The notes under the pieces: model-generated
Told to the model about the DNA's origin: nothing
Database searches by the model: none
What the model saw: the letters and a program-made list of their open reading frames with translations, nothing else
Part shown: positions 1 through 8,802 of the stretch, in pieces
Position numbering within the stretch: the stretch's first letter is position 1
How the letters are laid out: each line of letters begins with the position of its first letter
Assembly: GCA_024654525.1 (NCBI GenBank)
Contig: JANLHI010000030.1
Span: 2,886-66,885, forward strand
Reading direction: 5' to 3'
Source: Patescibacteria group bacterium
GTDB taxonomy: Bacteria > Patescibacteriota > Minisyncoccia > UBA6257 > 2-01-FULL-56-20
Length of the DNA: 64,000 nt
Translations under genes and position numbers: made by a program

Positions 1-479
1 GTAAGTAGGGTGTAAAGAGCAATAAAGATCCATGGCACCCATCGCTCTATTTTAGTGAATGGCCAATAGATCTCTTTATTTTTACCCCTACCCAGCATTT
101 CCCATTCCGTATCGTACAGTGCCAAAGGCAAACGAGCCTCGATCGCGTGAATAACCTGAAACTTACCTCCATTTAAGCCATCATAGGATCGGATTATTCG
201 ATACCATAAATAACACATTGTGATTCCAGCGATGGAAGCTGATATCAGAATTGAGACTATGTCGCCCCCATTCGTCTTAGTAGCCACAAATCCAAGCAGA
301 GCTACGAGAGCTGTGTTTAGCCCCAAGAAGAATTCGTTGGCTTTTTGCCTGCGATCGCTGATTTTTTCCGCCGAGGCTATATAAATTTTATACTGCTCCA
401 GAAGATGCTCGATATACCGGTCGCCGTATTTATCGCTGGCCGATACGAAGAGTATCTTCTGGATATCCTCAGGTTTCAT
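1..479 (-). CDS. Multi-TM membrane protein, putative defence effector (resembles RipA/8xMP-type small membrane effectors); runs off the window
   Basis: Not in ORF track. Manual translation MKPEDIQKILF...EQYKIYIASAEKISDRRQKANEFFLGLNTALVALLGF...WYRIIRSYDGLNGGKFQVIHAIEARLP...EWEMLG; ATG abuts the TIR stop codon. Confidence 0.75.
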   Translation of the reverse strand, partial: MKPEDIQKILFVSASDKYGDRYIEHLLEQYKIYIASAEKISDRRQKANEFFLGLNTALVALLGFVATKTNGGDIVSILISASIAGITMCYLWYRIIRSYDGLNGGKFQVIHAIEARLPLALYDTEWEMLGRGKNKEIYWPFTKIERWVPWIFIALYTLL

Positions 480-854
480 CTAAAGTGAGTTTATGAAGTT
501 TGTTATGTTAGGCCATGTCCAGTGGTAAATCCGCCTACCACTCAATTCTGAAGGAATACGTTTAACTCCCTCGTCATGAATGTAAACCGGGAAAACGGGG
601 ATGCTTTCTTCGTACGCACATTTTATTTCCCAAAGAGCCCCATCGGCATTAATAGTGTTATCGCTCACAAAAGCCACAACACCATCGCAACTCTTGATTC
701 GTTCGCGACACTGAGTTTTCCAAGACGACGACCAAGGCTCTTTCACTGACATGTCCACAAAATCGAACGGGGTATTTTCCTGTTTCGACTGATACGTCAA
801 ATTATCTCGAGCAAACTTATCTTCCATTGCGAAACTGACAAAAATTCTTTTCAT
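480..854 (-). CDS. TIR-domain protein (MTH538/DUF1863, ThsB-like)
   Basis: RIFVSF...DMSVKEPW...RERIKSCDGVV...WEIKCA with the catalytic Glu; 124 aa. Confidence 0.85.
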   Translation of the reverse strand: MKRIFVSFAMEDKFARDNLTYQSKQENTPFDFVDMSVKEPWSSSWKTQCRERIKSCDGVVAFVSDNTINADGALWEIKCAYEESIPVFPVYIHDEGVKRIPSELSGRRIYHWTWPNITNFINSL

Positions 855-942
855 TTTGTTTTATTTGATTTTATTAATTAGGCATACACGGATCACTCTT
901 CCTTCCCCGGAAGCAATCCGTGTATGCTTGCGAATACAAGCA

Positions 943-1086
943 CTATTTCTTAGTGTCTCCGTATCCTGGCTTGGGAACACGTTCGACTACGTGCGTGTTG
1001 GGTTGCCGCCGGGCCTCTTCCACGGTTGTGAATTCGCCGGTTTTTGCATCCCGTCCACGAGTGGTCGTCTTTGATTCTTTACTCAT
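943..1086 (-). CDS. Small hypothetical protein, 47 aa (GRDAKTGEF motif)
   Basis: Manual translation MSKESKTTTRGRDAKTGEFTTVEEARRQPNTHVVERVPKPGYGDTKK*; co-oriented and upstream of the TIR gene. Confidence 0.65.
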   Translation of the reverse strand: MSKESKTTTRGRDAKTGEFTTVEEARRQPNTHVVERVPKPGYGDTKK

Positions 1087-1227
1087 TTATCTCGTATTAT
1101 TGGTGCTGATTGGGCGTCAGTATGATAGAGTGTAAGTGTAAGCTTTCCTCGTTTCACAACTAGCTTCTCGAAGAATCGACGCGGGGCCGGAGCGGGAAGG
1201 AAACCCCTCTCCGATTTAAACGCCCAG

Positions 1228-1258
1228 AAAAGCCGCTCAGTTACGGGCGGTTTTTTTT
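1228..1258 (+). terminator. Intrinsic terminator, possibly bidirectional
   Basis: AAAAGCCGCTC-agttac-GGGCGGTTTTTTTT hairpin with T tract. Confidence 0.65.
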
Positions 1259-1319
1259 GACCTTCAAATCTTTTCCCGGAAAGTTATCAACCGTGTTGTG
1301 TTTTCTAAGTTCCATGTTT

Positions 1320-1943
1320 TTAATAAAGATTTTTGGGAAGCGTTGCGACTACTACGCCTTGGACAACAAAATCCTCGGTTAAAATTATTGGCCTGTGTTC
1401 TTTGTCAGTGGAATTCGGTTTTAAGACAATGGATCCATTTTCACGATCATGATAAAGAAGCTTGATTGTCGCGTCGTTATTTATGAGAGCGACTATTCTT
1501 TCACCGTCTTCGGCAGTTGGTTGCTGTTTAATGAGAACCAAATCCCCGTCATTTATGCCGGATTTATTCATGGAGGTACCGACTGCGCGCAAAAGAAAAT
1601 AAGAATGGCCTGGCTTGGCGAAGCGGGTCGAGACATCAATTATGGCTTCGACATCCTGTTCGGCGAGCGAAGGCGATCCACAAGCCACCGATCCAACAAG
1701 CGGTACCTCCATAGTCCGATCTTCCATGGGTGATTCCATGTTTTGGGCGAGCTTAATAACGCCATTCGAATACGAAACCAGACCACGTTTCTTGAGGCGT
1801 TCCAGCATAAGCTGGACGGAGCGTGGCGAGGCATAACCAACAACCCTGCCTATTTCCCGGAGAGAAGGTGTTACGCCCGTGCTTAATACCTTGCCCCGAA
1901 GGAAAGCGTAGCCTTGAAGATCCTTTTTGTTTACTTGGTTCAT
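1320..1943 (-). CDS. lexA: LexA-family transcriptional repressor
   Basis: N-terminal wHTH (PSLREIG), VACG cleavage site, S24 peptidase motifs GTSM and ATIK. Confidence 0.9.
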   Translation of the reverse strand: MNQVNKKDLQGYAFLRGKVLSTGVTPSLREIGRVVGYASPRSVQLMLERLKKRGLVSYSNGVIKLAQNMESPMEDRTMEVPLVGSVACGSPSLAEQDVEAIIDVSTRFAKPGHSYFLLRAVGTSMNKSGINDGDLVLIKQQPTAEDGERIVALINNDATIKLLYHDRENGSIVLKPNSTDKEHRPIILTEDFVVQGVVVATLPKNLY

Positions 1944-1997
1944 CGGGATAAGTATACTGGATTGTCCACCTCTGTCAACCTATGCTAGGATATTGCC

Positions 1998-2636
1998 ATG
2001 GATACACCGCTTACCAGGCGGACAGTTGAAACCTACCTCCCCGTCTTACGGGCTATTTATGCATCCATTGAGGTTTCCGTTACAACCGCAAGTCGGCTGG
2101 AGAACAGGGACGACCTTTATTTCTTTTATCTGGGAAAAGAATTCGGAACCTCCAATATTTTACACACCACATATCTACTCAAACTTTGGCTGAAGGACTC
2201 TCGCGACTTCGAGATGAGGCCGATGATGTTCCACAAAAAGAATAGGAAAGCGAAGTGGGTCGACCTTATCAAATTGCTTGATGAAAAAATTACGGAATAT
2301 CACGACGGCGTCCCTATCATTGAGGTTGGTATCCATCGCAACGGGCGTGTCGTTCGAGAGTTTATGGGACAAAAACTTATTCATGACTTTGGAAGCGACG
2401 GGCTCAAAAGAAAAGTTGTATCTTATCTCGCTGGGCGCGGCAGTTTTACGAAAACTCCGGAAATCCAAAAGTATATCGGTTCGAAGAGTACCGAGTCCGC
2501 TGTGAAGGCAATTCGTTCTATCAACTCAACTCTTCGTTTGCGTCTCCAGTTTCCGAAGAAGCAAAAATTCATCGATAGTAAGCGGGGTTCCGGTTACGGC
2601 ATTAACCCGATTTACAACGTGGTTTTGTTGGATTAG
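1998..2636 (+). CDS. Hypothetical protein with C-terminal winged-helix-like domain
   Basis: 212 aa; ends in an OmpR-like wing (IDSKRGSGYGI); divergent from lexA. Confidence 0.6.
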   Translation: MDTPLTRRTVETYLPVLRAIYASIEVSVTTASRLENRDDLYFFYLGKEFGTSNILHTTYLLKLWLKDSRDFEMRPMMFHKKNRKAKWVDLIKLLDEKITEYHDGVPIIEVGIHRNGRVVREFMGQKLIHDFGSDGLKRKVVSYLAGRGSFTKTPEIQKYIGSKSTESAVKAIRSINSTLRLRLQFPKKQKFIDSKRGSGYGINPIYNVVLLD

Positions 2637-2784
2637 ACGACCTCCCCGCATCCGGTGTGGATAACTATTTTTAGAACCTTGTTTTACAAGGTTTTTTTGT
2701 GTGGACAGTTCCAGATGTGTTCCATATAAGTCACGTTCCGAATAGGAGAAGATATAAAAGTCGAAAAAACAAAAAAATAAACCT

Positions 2785-4062
2785 ATGCCTGCACAAAAAC
2801 TTTCATGGAGGAACGAAGTGCGTCGGGTTTCGGATCTCGTGCCGAATCCGAAAAACCCTCGTTCCATCTCGCCGAAGCAGATGGAGGACTTGAAGCGCAG
2901 TCTCAAGAAATTCGGCCTGGTCGAATTGCCCGCGATAAACACTAACAACAGAATCTTGGCCGGACACCAACGCCTCCTCGCGCTCCAACTCCTCGGACGC
3001 GGTGACGAAAAGATTCCCGTTCGCGTGCCAACGCGCCCGCTCACAAAGAAGGAATACGATCAATATCTTCTGACCAGTAACCGCGTCCACGGTGAATGGG
3101 ATTATCAAATGCTCGCCGAGCAATTCGATGTCGAAATGCTCCTCGCCTCAGGCTTTGACGACGGGGATCTCTCGGTTATTTTCGACGATCTTCAAGTGGA
3201 AGACGACGAATTCGATCCGGAAAAAGAATTAAAGAAGATAAAGAAAACGGATGTGAAGCCGGGAAGTCTCTACCAACTGGGACCGCACCGTATTCTTTGT
3301 GGCGACAGCACCAATTCCGAAGTCGTCAAGAAACTCATGGGCGGCAAGAGTGCGGCGGTCATTCTCCAAGATCCCCCGTACAACATCGGTCTCAGCTATA
3401 ACAAAGGCATCGGCGGGAAAGGTAATTACGGCGGTGAAACGAACGACGCGAAGTCAGACGAAGAATATGAATCATTTCTCCGCAAAGCCCTTGCGAATGG
3501 CGTCGACGCCTGCGAGAAGGACGCACACGTGTTCACATACCACGATCCCCGCTACACCTGGCTTTTGCAAAAACTTTACAAAGAGCTGGGCATCGCGTAC
3601 AAGCGGACGTGTTTGTGGGTAAAAAATAATTCTACGCCCACACCTAACGTCGCCTTCAATCGCCAATATGAACCGGCGCTCTACGGCGTTATCGGGAAAC
3701 CGTATCTTTCGGAGCGATCATTCAATTTTTCCGAGATCTTAAACCGCGATGTTGGGATCGGTAATCGCACCATAGACGACATTTACGATTTGATAGACAT
3801 CTGGCTCGTAAAGCGGCTCGGCGGTTCGGAGTATGAGCATCCCACTGAAAAGCCGCCCATGCTGCACGAGCGGCCGCTGCGGCGTTGCACTAAGCCGGGA
3901 GATATCGTGCTTGATCTGTTCTCTGGTTCATCCAGTATTATGGTCGCTTGCCACGGGTTGAAGCGCATCGCGTATATGGTCGAACGCGAGCCGATTTTCG
4001 TTCAATTATCGCTAAACAGATATGCCAAACTTACGGGAGAAAAAGCAAAAAGGATCGCCTAA
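2785..4062 (+). CDS. ParB-N domain fused to N6/N4 DNA methyltransferase (phage type)
   Basis: NPKNPR...GHQR ParB motif, DPPY, HPTEKP, DLFSGS. Confidence 0.9.
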   Translation: MPAQKLSWRNEVRRVSDLVPNPKNPRSISPKQMEDLKRSLKKFGLVELPAINTNNRILAGHQRLLALQLLGRGDEKIPVRVPTRPLTKKEYDQYLLTSNRVHGEWDYQMLAEQFDVEMLLASGFDDGDLSVIFDDLQVEDDEFDPEKELKKIKKTDVKPGSLYQLGPHRILCGDSTNSEVVKKLMGGKSAAVILQDPPYNIGLSYNKGIGGKGNYGGETNDAKSDEEYESFLRKALANGVDACEKDAHVFTYHDPRYTWLLQKLYKELGIAYKRTCLWVKNNSTPTPNVAFNRQYEPALYGVIGKPYLSERSFNFSEILNRDVGIGNRTIDDIYDLIDIWLVKRLGGSEYEHPTEKPPMLHERPLRRCTKPGDIVLDLFSGSSSIMVACHGLKRIAYMVEREPIFVQLSLNRYAKLTGEKAKRIA

Positions 4063-4795
4063 GCCCGGCACGATCTGGCAGCTTGGCGATCATCGCTTGG
4101 CTTACGGCGACGCTCGCGACAAAGAGTTACTGAAGCGACTTATCGGCGTGGAGAAAATAAACCTTGTCTGTTGCGACGTTCCATACGGAGTGGATGTCGC
4201 AGCGTCAAAGCGCAACTTCCGCACGCTTTCTAAAGACAGAGATATTGCTAACGACCAATTGCAGTCGGACGACGAGTATCGGAAGTTTACAAGCGACTGG
4301 CTGCAGGCGGTATCGTCGTTTCTTGCCGCCAAAAACTCCGCCTACATATTTAATGCCGATAAGATGGTTTGGTCTTTGCGGGACGGCATGATTGATTCCG
4401 GTTTCAAGGTGGCCCAACTTCTTATTTGGATCAAATCTCAAGCAGTGGTAGGACGACTTGATTATTCTCCGCAGCACGAGCTTATCCTCTACGGCTGGCG
4501 CGGAACGCATAAATACCGCCGCTCAAAAGACAAAAGCGTCTTGTTCTATCCGCGGCCGTCGAAAAGCAAACTACATCCGACGACCAAACCCATTGGTCTT
4601 ATCCGGAGGCTTATTCTTAACTCCTCGGAAATCGGTGGTGCGGTCTACGACGGGTTTTTAGGCAGCGGTACTCTGCTTTTGGCTTGTGAGGAAACGCGCC
4701 GCAAATGCTTCGCAGTTGAGATTGATCCCGAGTATTGTCTCACGTCAATTTTCCAATGGGAGCGCCTGACCGGTAAAAAAGCAGAGCAGATATGA
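4022..4795 (+). CDS. N6/N4 DNA methyltransferase
   Basis: WQLGDHRL, DVPY (DPPY variant), HPTTKP, DGFLGSG. Confidence 0.88.
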   Translation: MPNLREKKQKGSPKPGTIWQLGDHRLAYGDARDKELLKRLIGVEKINLVCCDVPYGVDVAASKRNFRTLSKDRDIANDQLQSDDEYRKFTSDWLQAVSSFLAAKNSAYIFNADKMVWSLRDGMIDSGFKVAQLLIWIKSQAVVGRLDYSPQHELILYGWRGTHKYRRSKDKSVLFYPRPSKSKLHPTTKPIGLIRRLILNSSEIGGAVYDGFLGSGTLLLACEETRRKCFAVEIDPEYCLTSIFQWERLTGKKAEQI

Positions 4796-5235
4796 AAAAG
4801 ACCGATCACATAAAAGAGCTGCTTATAGATCAGCTGCGCAGGACGCCAATCGTTGAGGCCGCTTGTCAGAAAGCGAACATTTCCCGCATGACGTTTTATC
4901 GTTGGAAAAATGAGGACAAAGAATTCGCAAAAAAGGTCGACGAGGCGCTTTCCGACGGGCAGCTTCTTGTGAACGATCTCGCCGAAAGCCAGCTTATTGG
5001 CGCGGTCAAAGATCGGAATTTTCAAGCGATTGCCTATTGGCTCAAACACCACCATCCGAGCTACAAAACGCGTATTGAAATCGAGGGAGCGCTCAACACC
5101 GTGCACGAACTTTCACCAGAACAAGAAAAACTTATGCGAAAAGCGTTTGAACTGGCAGGCATTAACATTGATGACTACGAAGAAGCACGAGATACGAGTC
5201 AAAAAAGTAACCAACTAAAACAAATCAATGAGTAA
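4792..5235 (+). CDS. HTH protein, putative terminase small subunit
   Basis: ACQKANISRMTFYRW HTH; AIAYWLK; directly precedes terL. Confidence 0.7.
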   Translation: MKKTDHIKELLIDQLRRTPIVEAACQKANISRMTFYRWKNEDKEFAKKVDEALSDGQLLVNDLAESQLIGAVKDRNFQAIAYWLKHHHPSYKTRIEIEGALNTVHELSPEQEKLMRKAFELAGINIDDYEEARDTSQKSNQLKQINE

Positions 5236-6712
5236 CAATTCTGACGACGATAAAAACGTTTTTGAAGCCATCGCAAAAGACCGCGTTCTTCGGCAGCAGC
5301 TTGGTCAGCGCAGCCATCACATGTTTTTCGTAATGTACTTTCCGCACTACATCAAATACCCCGTGGCGGAATTTCACAAAGATATTTTTCGCATCACCGA
5401 AGATCAGTCGACGAATCTTGCCTGCATCGTGGCGTTCAGGGGAAGCGGCAAGAGCACGCTAGTAACTTTTTCATATTCTCTCTGGTCGATCCTTGGCATC
5501 CAGCAAAAAAAGTTTGTCCTTATTATCTGTCAGACCCAAGCTCAGGCCAGACAGCACATGGCCAATCTCAAATTTGAGCTTGAGCAGAATACCCTCCTCA
5601 AAAGCGACATGGGACCGTTCCGCGAGGAAGCCGGCGACGGCCAGTGGGCCATATCGTCTCTTGTGTTCAAAAACACTGGAGCTCGGATAATGATCGCTTC
5701 AATAGATCAAAGTATTCGAGGTATTCGCCACCACGAATACCGCCCCGACCTTATCATTCTGGACGACATTGAGGACAGTAATTCCGTGAAAACCTTCGAG
5801 GGCCGCATCAAAATATCCGATTGGTTTTCCCGAGAGGTGGTGCCGCTCGGGGATATCGGAACTCGCATCATTCTCGTTGGCAACCTTCTTCACGAAGCCG
5901 CGCTTACGATAAGTCTCCGAAACAAAATTGACCGCAAAGAAATACGCGGCACCTACCGTTGGTTTCCGCTCATCGACGAAAGCGGAGCATGCCTGTGGCC
6001 AGGTAAATTTGATACGTCGGATAAAATTGAGGCTCTTCGTCAAAGCGTTGGCAACGAAATAGCCTGGCAGCAAGAGTATCTTCTCAATATTGTCTCTGAC
6101 AGCTCTCGTGTCATATTCCCGGAGTGGATTCGCTACTACGACGAGCTGCCCAGCGAAACATTGCGGAGTATCCACGTGGGCGTTGATCTGGCCATATCCC
6201 AGCGGGAAGGAGCCGATTTCACGGCAATGGTTGGCTTACGCCGCTATGGATACGGCAACACCATGCGTCTCTACGTGATTCCGAACCCGTTTAACAAGCG
6301 GGTGCCGTTTCCCGAAGTAGTGGCTACCATAAAAACTCTTGATCGAACGTTCAAAGCCAAAGGAGAGCATGCCAAATTCATTGTTGAGTCGAATGGTTTT
6401 CAAGAAATCTATGTGCACGCGGTAAGCGACAGCGGTTGCGACGTTAAGGGCGTAAAGCATACTGGGGACAAGCGTTCGCGACTGGCACTCACGAGCCAGC
6501 TTATTCAAAACGGTACGATTGTATTTCCGCGCCGTGGAGCGGAAGAACTTATCGCGCAACTCACGGGGTTTGGGGTAGAAAACCATGATGATTTGGCGGA
6601 TGGGTATAGCACCGCTGTACTCGATGTTATGAATGACATAGAAAACGACCGGGGTTGGGAGGCATGGATGCAGTGGGTGAAAAGCAATGGCGGAAGTTGT
6701 CAGATTAGGTAG
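5228..6712 (+). CDS. Phage terminase large subunit
   Basis: Walker A FRGSGKS, Walker B IILDDIE, RNase H-like GVDLA...DFTA and HDDLAD. Confidence 0.88.
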   Translation: MSNNSDDDKNVFEAIAKDRVLRQQLGQRSHHMFFVMYFPHYIKYPVAEFHKDIFRITEDQSTNLACIVAFRGSGKSTLVTFSYSLWSILGIQQKKFVLIICQTQAQARQHMANLKFELEQNTLLKSDMGPFREEAGDGQWAISSLVFKNTGARIMIASIDQSIRGIRHHEYRPDLIILDDIEDSNSVKTFEGRIKISDWFSREVVPLGDIGTRIILVGNLLHEAALTISLRNKIDRKEIRGTYRWFPLIDESGACLWPGKFDTSDKIEALRQSVGNEIAWQQEYLLNIVSDSSRVIFPEWIRYYDELPSETLRSIHVGVDLAISQREGADFTAMVGLRRYGYGNTMRLYVIPNPFNKRVPFPEVVATIKTLDRTFKAKGEHAKFIVESNGFQEIYVHAVSDSGCDVKGVKHTGDKRSRLALTSQLIQNGTIVFPRRGAEELIAQLTGFGVENHDDLADGYSTAVLDVMNDIENDRGWEAWMQWVKSNGGSCQIR

Positions 6713-6827
6713 GAATTACCGAGGGTATAGATGCTCCTTCTGCGTACTTGTTACCACCTTAATTGTCTTTCTTTTCATATTAGGATCCCACCACCCTAAA
6801 ATACAAAAATCTTTTTCAAAAGGGTGA

Positions 6828-7322
6828 TCATGCCGCCTTATTAAGCTTTTTCTTTCTAAGAAGAATATATGCAATGCCTAAAACTAAAGAGATGCCGAGA
6901 GGCGGAAGTGCGTACATTATAATACCGACAATGTTATATAAGATCGAGGCACTCGTATTTAGTGCATCAAATAACCACGGCACGATAAACTGATAGGAAA
7001 TATACATTAAAAACGCCCAAACCACTGCCTTGATAAAGTTATAAAGACCCCACAAACCCATCCCTTTTACCAAGATGTCATGCAATACCTTGTAGAAGCG
7101 AGCCATATACAGTAGGAATCCGAGCGTAAAAAACGTAAAAGCGCTATAGAAAGCTCGAACAAAGATGCTCGGCTGCTCAAACGGCTCGATCTGTTGCCAT
7201 TCAAAATGTATTCCCAAAACGAAGCGCCACAATAAAAACACTAACGCTAAAATGATATATGTCGATGCGGATCTAACAATATCATTTACATACTTCAATA
7301 TCGTTGCTTTATGCCACTTCAT
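6828..7322 (-). CDS. Hypothetical membrane protein (about 4 TM)
   Basis: Several hydrophobic helices; last gene of the hsd-ATPase run, 5-nt gap to the ATPase. Confidence 0.75.
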   Translation of the reverse strand: MKWHKATILKYVNDIVRSASTYIILALVFLLWRFVLGIHFEWQQIEPFEQPSIFVRAFYSAFTFFTLGFLLYMARFYKVLHDILVKGMGLWGLYNFIKAVVWAFLMYISYQFIVPWLFDALNTSASILYNIVGIIMYALPPLGISLVLGIAYILLRKKKLNKAA

Positions 7323-7327
7323 TTTTA

Positions 7328-8791
7328 TTATTTACCGGCCTTTCTCTTGCCGTACTTTAATTCTCGAAGTGTACTTATAGATTTGACAAGATCTTCTGAC
7401 AAGAATTTACTATTCTTTGAATTTTCTGGATGATGGATAGAGTTACGAATGTATTTTGGCAGAGAAACGTTCTCTGTCTTGCTTAATTTATCATTGAACC
7501 ACTTTTCCGTTGTTGGAAGTCCGTTTAATTTACTTGGGTCAATATCTTCGAGATAGCCATACAGTTCGTTGTGGTAATCGTTTGTGGGTATACCGAATAC
7601 TTCGTAGTTCACTTCCGAATAGGAGCTATCCTTACCTTTGATTTGCTCAAGCTTTGTTTTCTTGTTGCCTTGTTTTACAACTCGGAAGCATCGGTCTATA
7701 TGGTCTTTGTCAATCATATAATTTGAGTGCGTTGCAAAAATGACAACGTTGTTCTCCTTATTCTTTGAGATCTTTATAAGTTCATTCCTCAAGTATTCCT
7801 GCGCTTGTGGGTGTAGGTGGGTTTCCGGCTCATCCAGCAGCAATAACGAATACGATAATTGATCAGTGGAGCTTTCTGCTGAAATTGTAAGAAGAAATGA
7901 TACGAATTGTCTGAATCCATCGCTTCTTTGGTTTGTTGTTTTAGAATCGTATTTTACTCCGACATCCTCAACCAAAAATGATAGCATCATGTTATTGATC
8001 TGAAATTTGATCTTGACCGGATGATTCTCCCACACCTTCTTGATGTGAGCAGTGACCTTATCTCCCAGCTTATCTTGGAGATCACTAACCTCGGCTGGAT
8101 CGGTCAACAGCTTACTTATGGCTGCTGGGATGTTTGCCTCATCAATACCTGCTAATCGAAAACAATTTAGCAGTGGGATTGATGTTTTCTCGGGTGCTGC
8201 AGAAAAAGCATTGAGATCAATTTGATCATTAATAAGGTATTCATTGGTTGATTTCCAAAAAGTGACGTGGTGTGAAATCTTCCAAAAGTAAGTCGGCAAG
8301 GTAGTTTCGAAATAAGTTTGAAGATTAAAATCATCTTGCGTTAGTTCCGGATTCTTCTTTATTGGTTTATCTCCCTCAAGAGTATAGTCGGGAAAAATGT
8401 GCGTCTTAAATTGGATACGATCAAAGTTTTTTCTTGCCGGTGTTGCTGTCGGCTCATAACCCACGCAAACATCTACCTCCTCAATCTGTATCTTTGAAAG
8501 CAGATCTTTTTCAAAGCCCTTTGCCTCAAGCTCCTTCTTCAGATTTTTCTCCTCGCTTACTTCTAGATTGTAGGTTAGTAAGACGCTGATCGGTTTTGAT
8601 TCGTTGAAATAATCTTTAGGAAACAAGACGTCGCCACTATCTACCAAAGAAACAGCTCTCAAAAAACTACTCTTTCCTGATTCATTGATACCAATGAGTG
8701 TGTAGGTTTTACCACCATGAATCTCTTCGACATTAAACGTTTCGTTTTCAATGCTCCTGAAGTTTTCGATTGTTATTTTTCTAATCTTCAT
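7328..8791 (-). CDS. ABC-type ATPase (AAA_15/OLD-like) with C-terminal RxxxxH motif
   Basis: IENFRSI, GINESGKS, signature RSDG, LLLDEPETHLHP, ATHS; C-terminal RNSIHH. Confidence 0.85.
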   Translation of the reverse strand: MKIRKITIENFRSIENETFNVEEIHGGKTYTLIGINESGKSSFLRAVSLVDSGDVLFPKDYFNESKPISVLLTYNLEVSEEKNLKKELEAKGFEKDLLSKIQIEEVDVCVGYEPTATPARKNFDRIQFKTHIFPDYTLEGDKPIKKNPELTQDDFNLQTYFETTLPTYFWKISHHVTFWKSTNEYLINDQIDLNAFSAAPEKTSIPLLNCFRLAGIDEANIPAAISKLLTDPAEVSDLQDKLGDKVTAHIKKVWENHPVKIKFQINNMMLSFLVEDVGVKYDSKTTNQRSDGFRQFVSFLLTISAESSTDQLSYSLLLLDEPETHLHPQAQEYLRNELIKISKNKENNVVIFATHSNYMIDKDHIDRCFRVVKQGNKKTKLEQIKGKDSSYSEVNYEVFGIPTNDYHNELYGYLEDIDPSKLNGLPTTEKWFNDKLSKTENVSLPKYIRNSIHHPENSKNSKFLSEDLVKSISTLRELKYGKRKAGK

Positions 8792-8802
8792 ATATTTAGC
8801 GC

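Noticed and set aside
2785-6712. Complete prophage
   Set aside because: No portal, capsid, tail or lysis genes are recognisable in the window.
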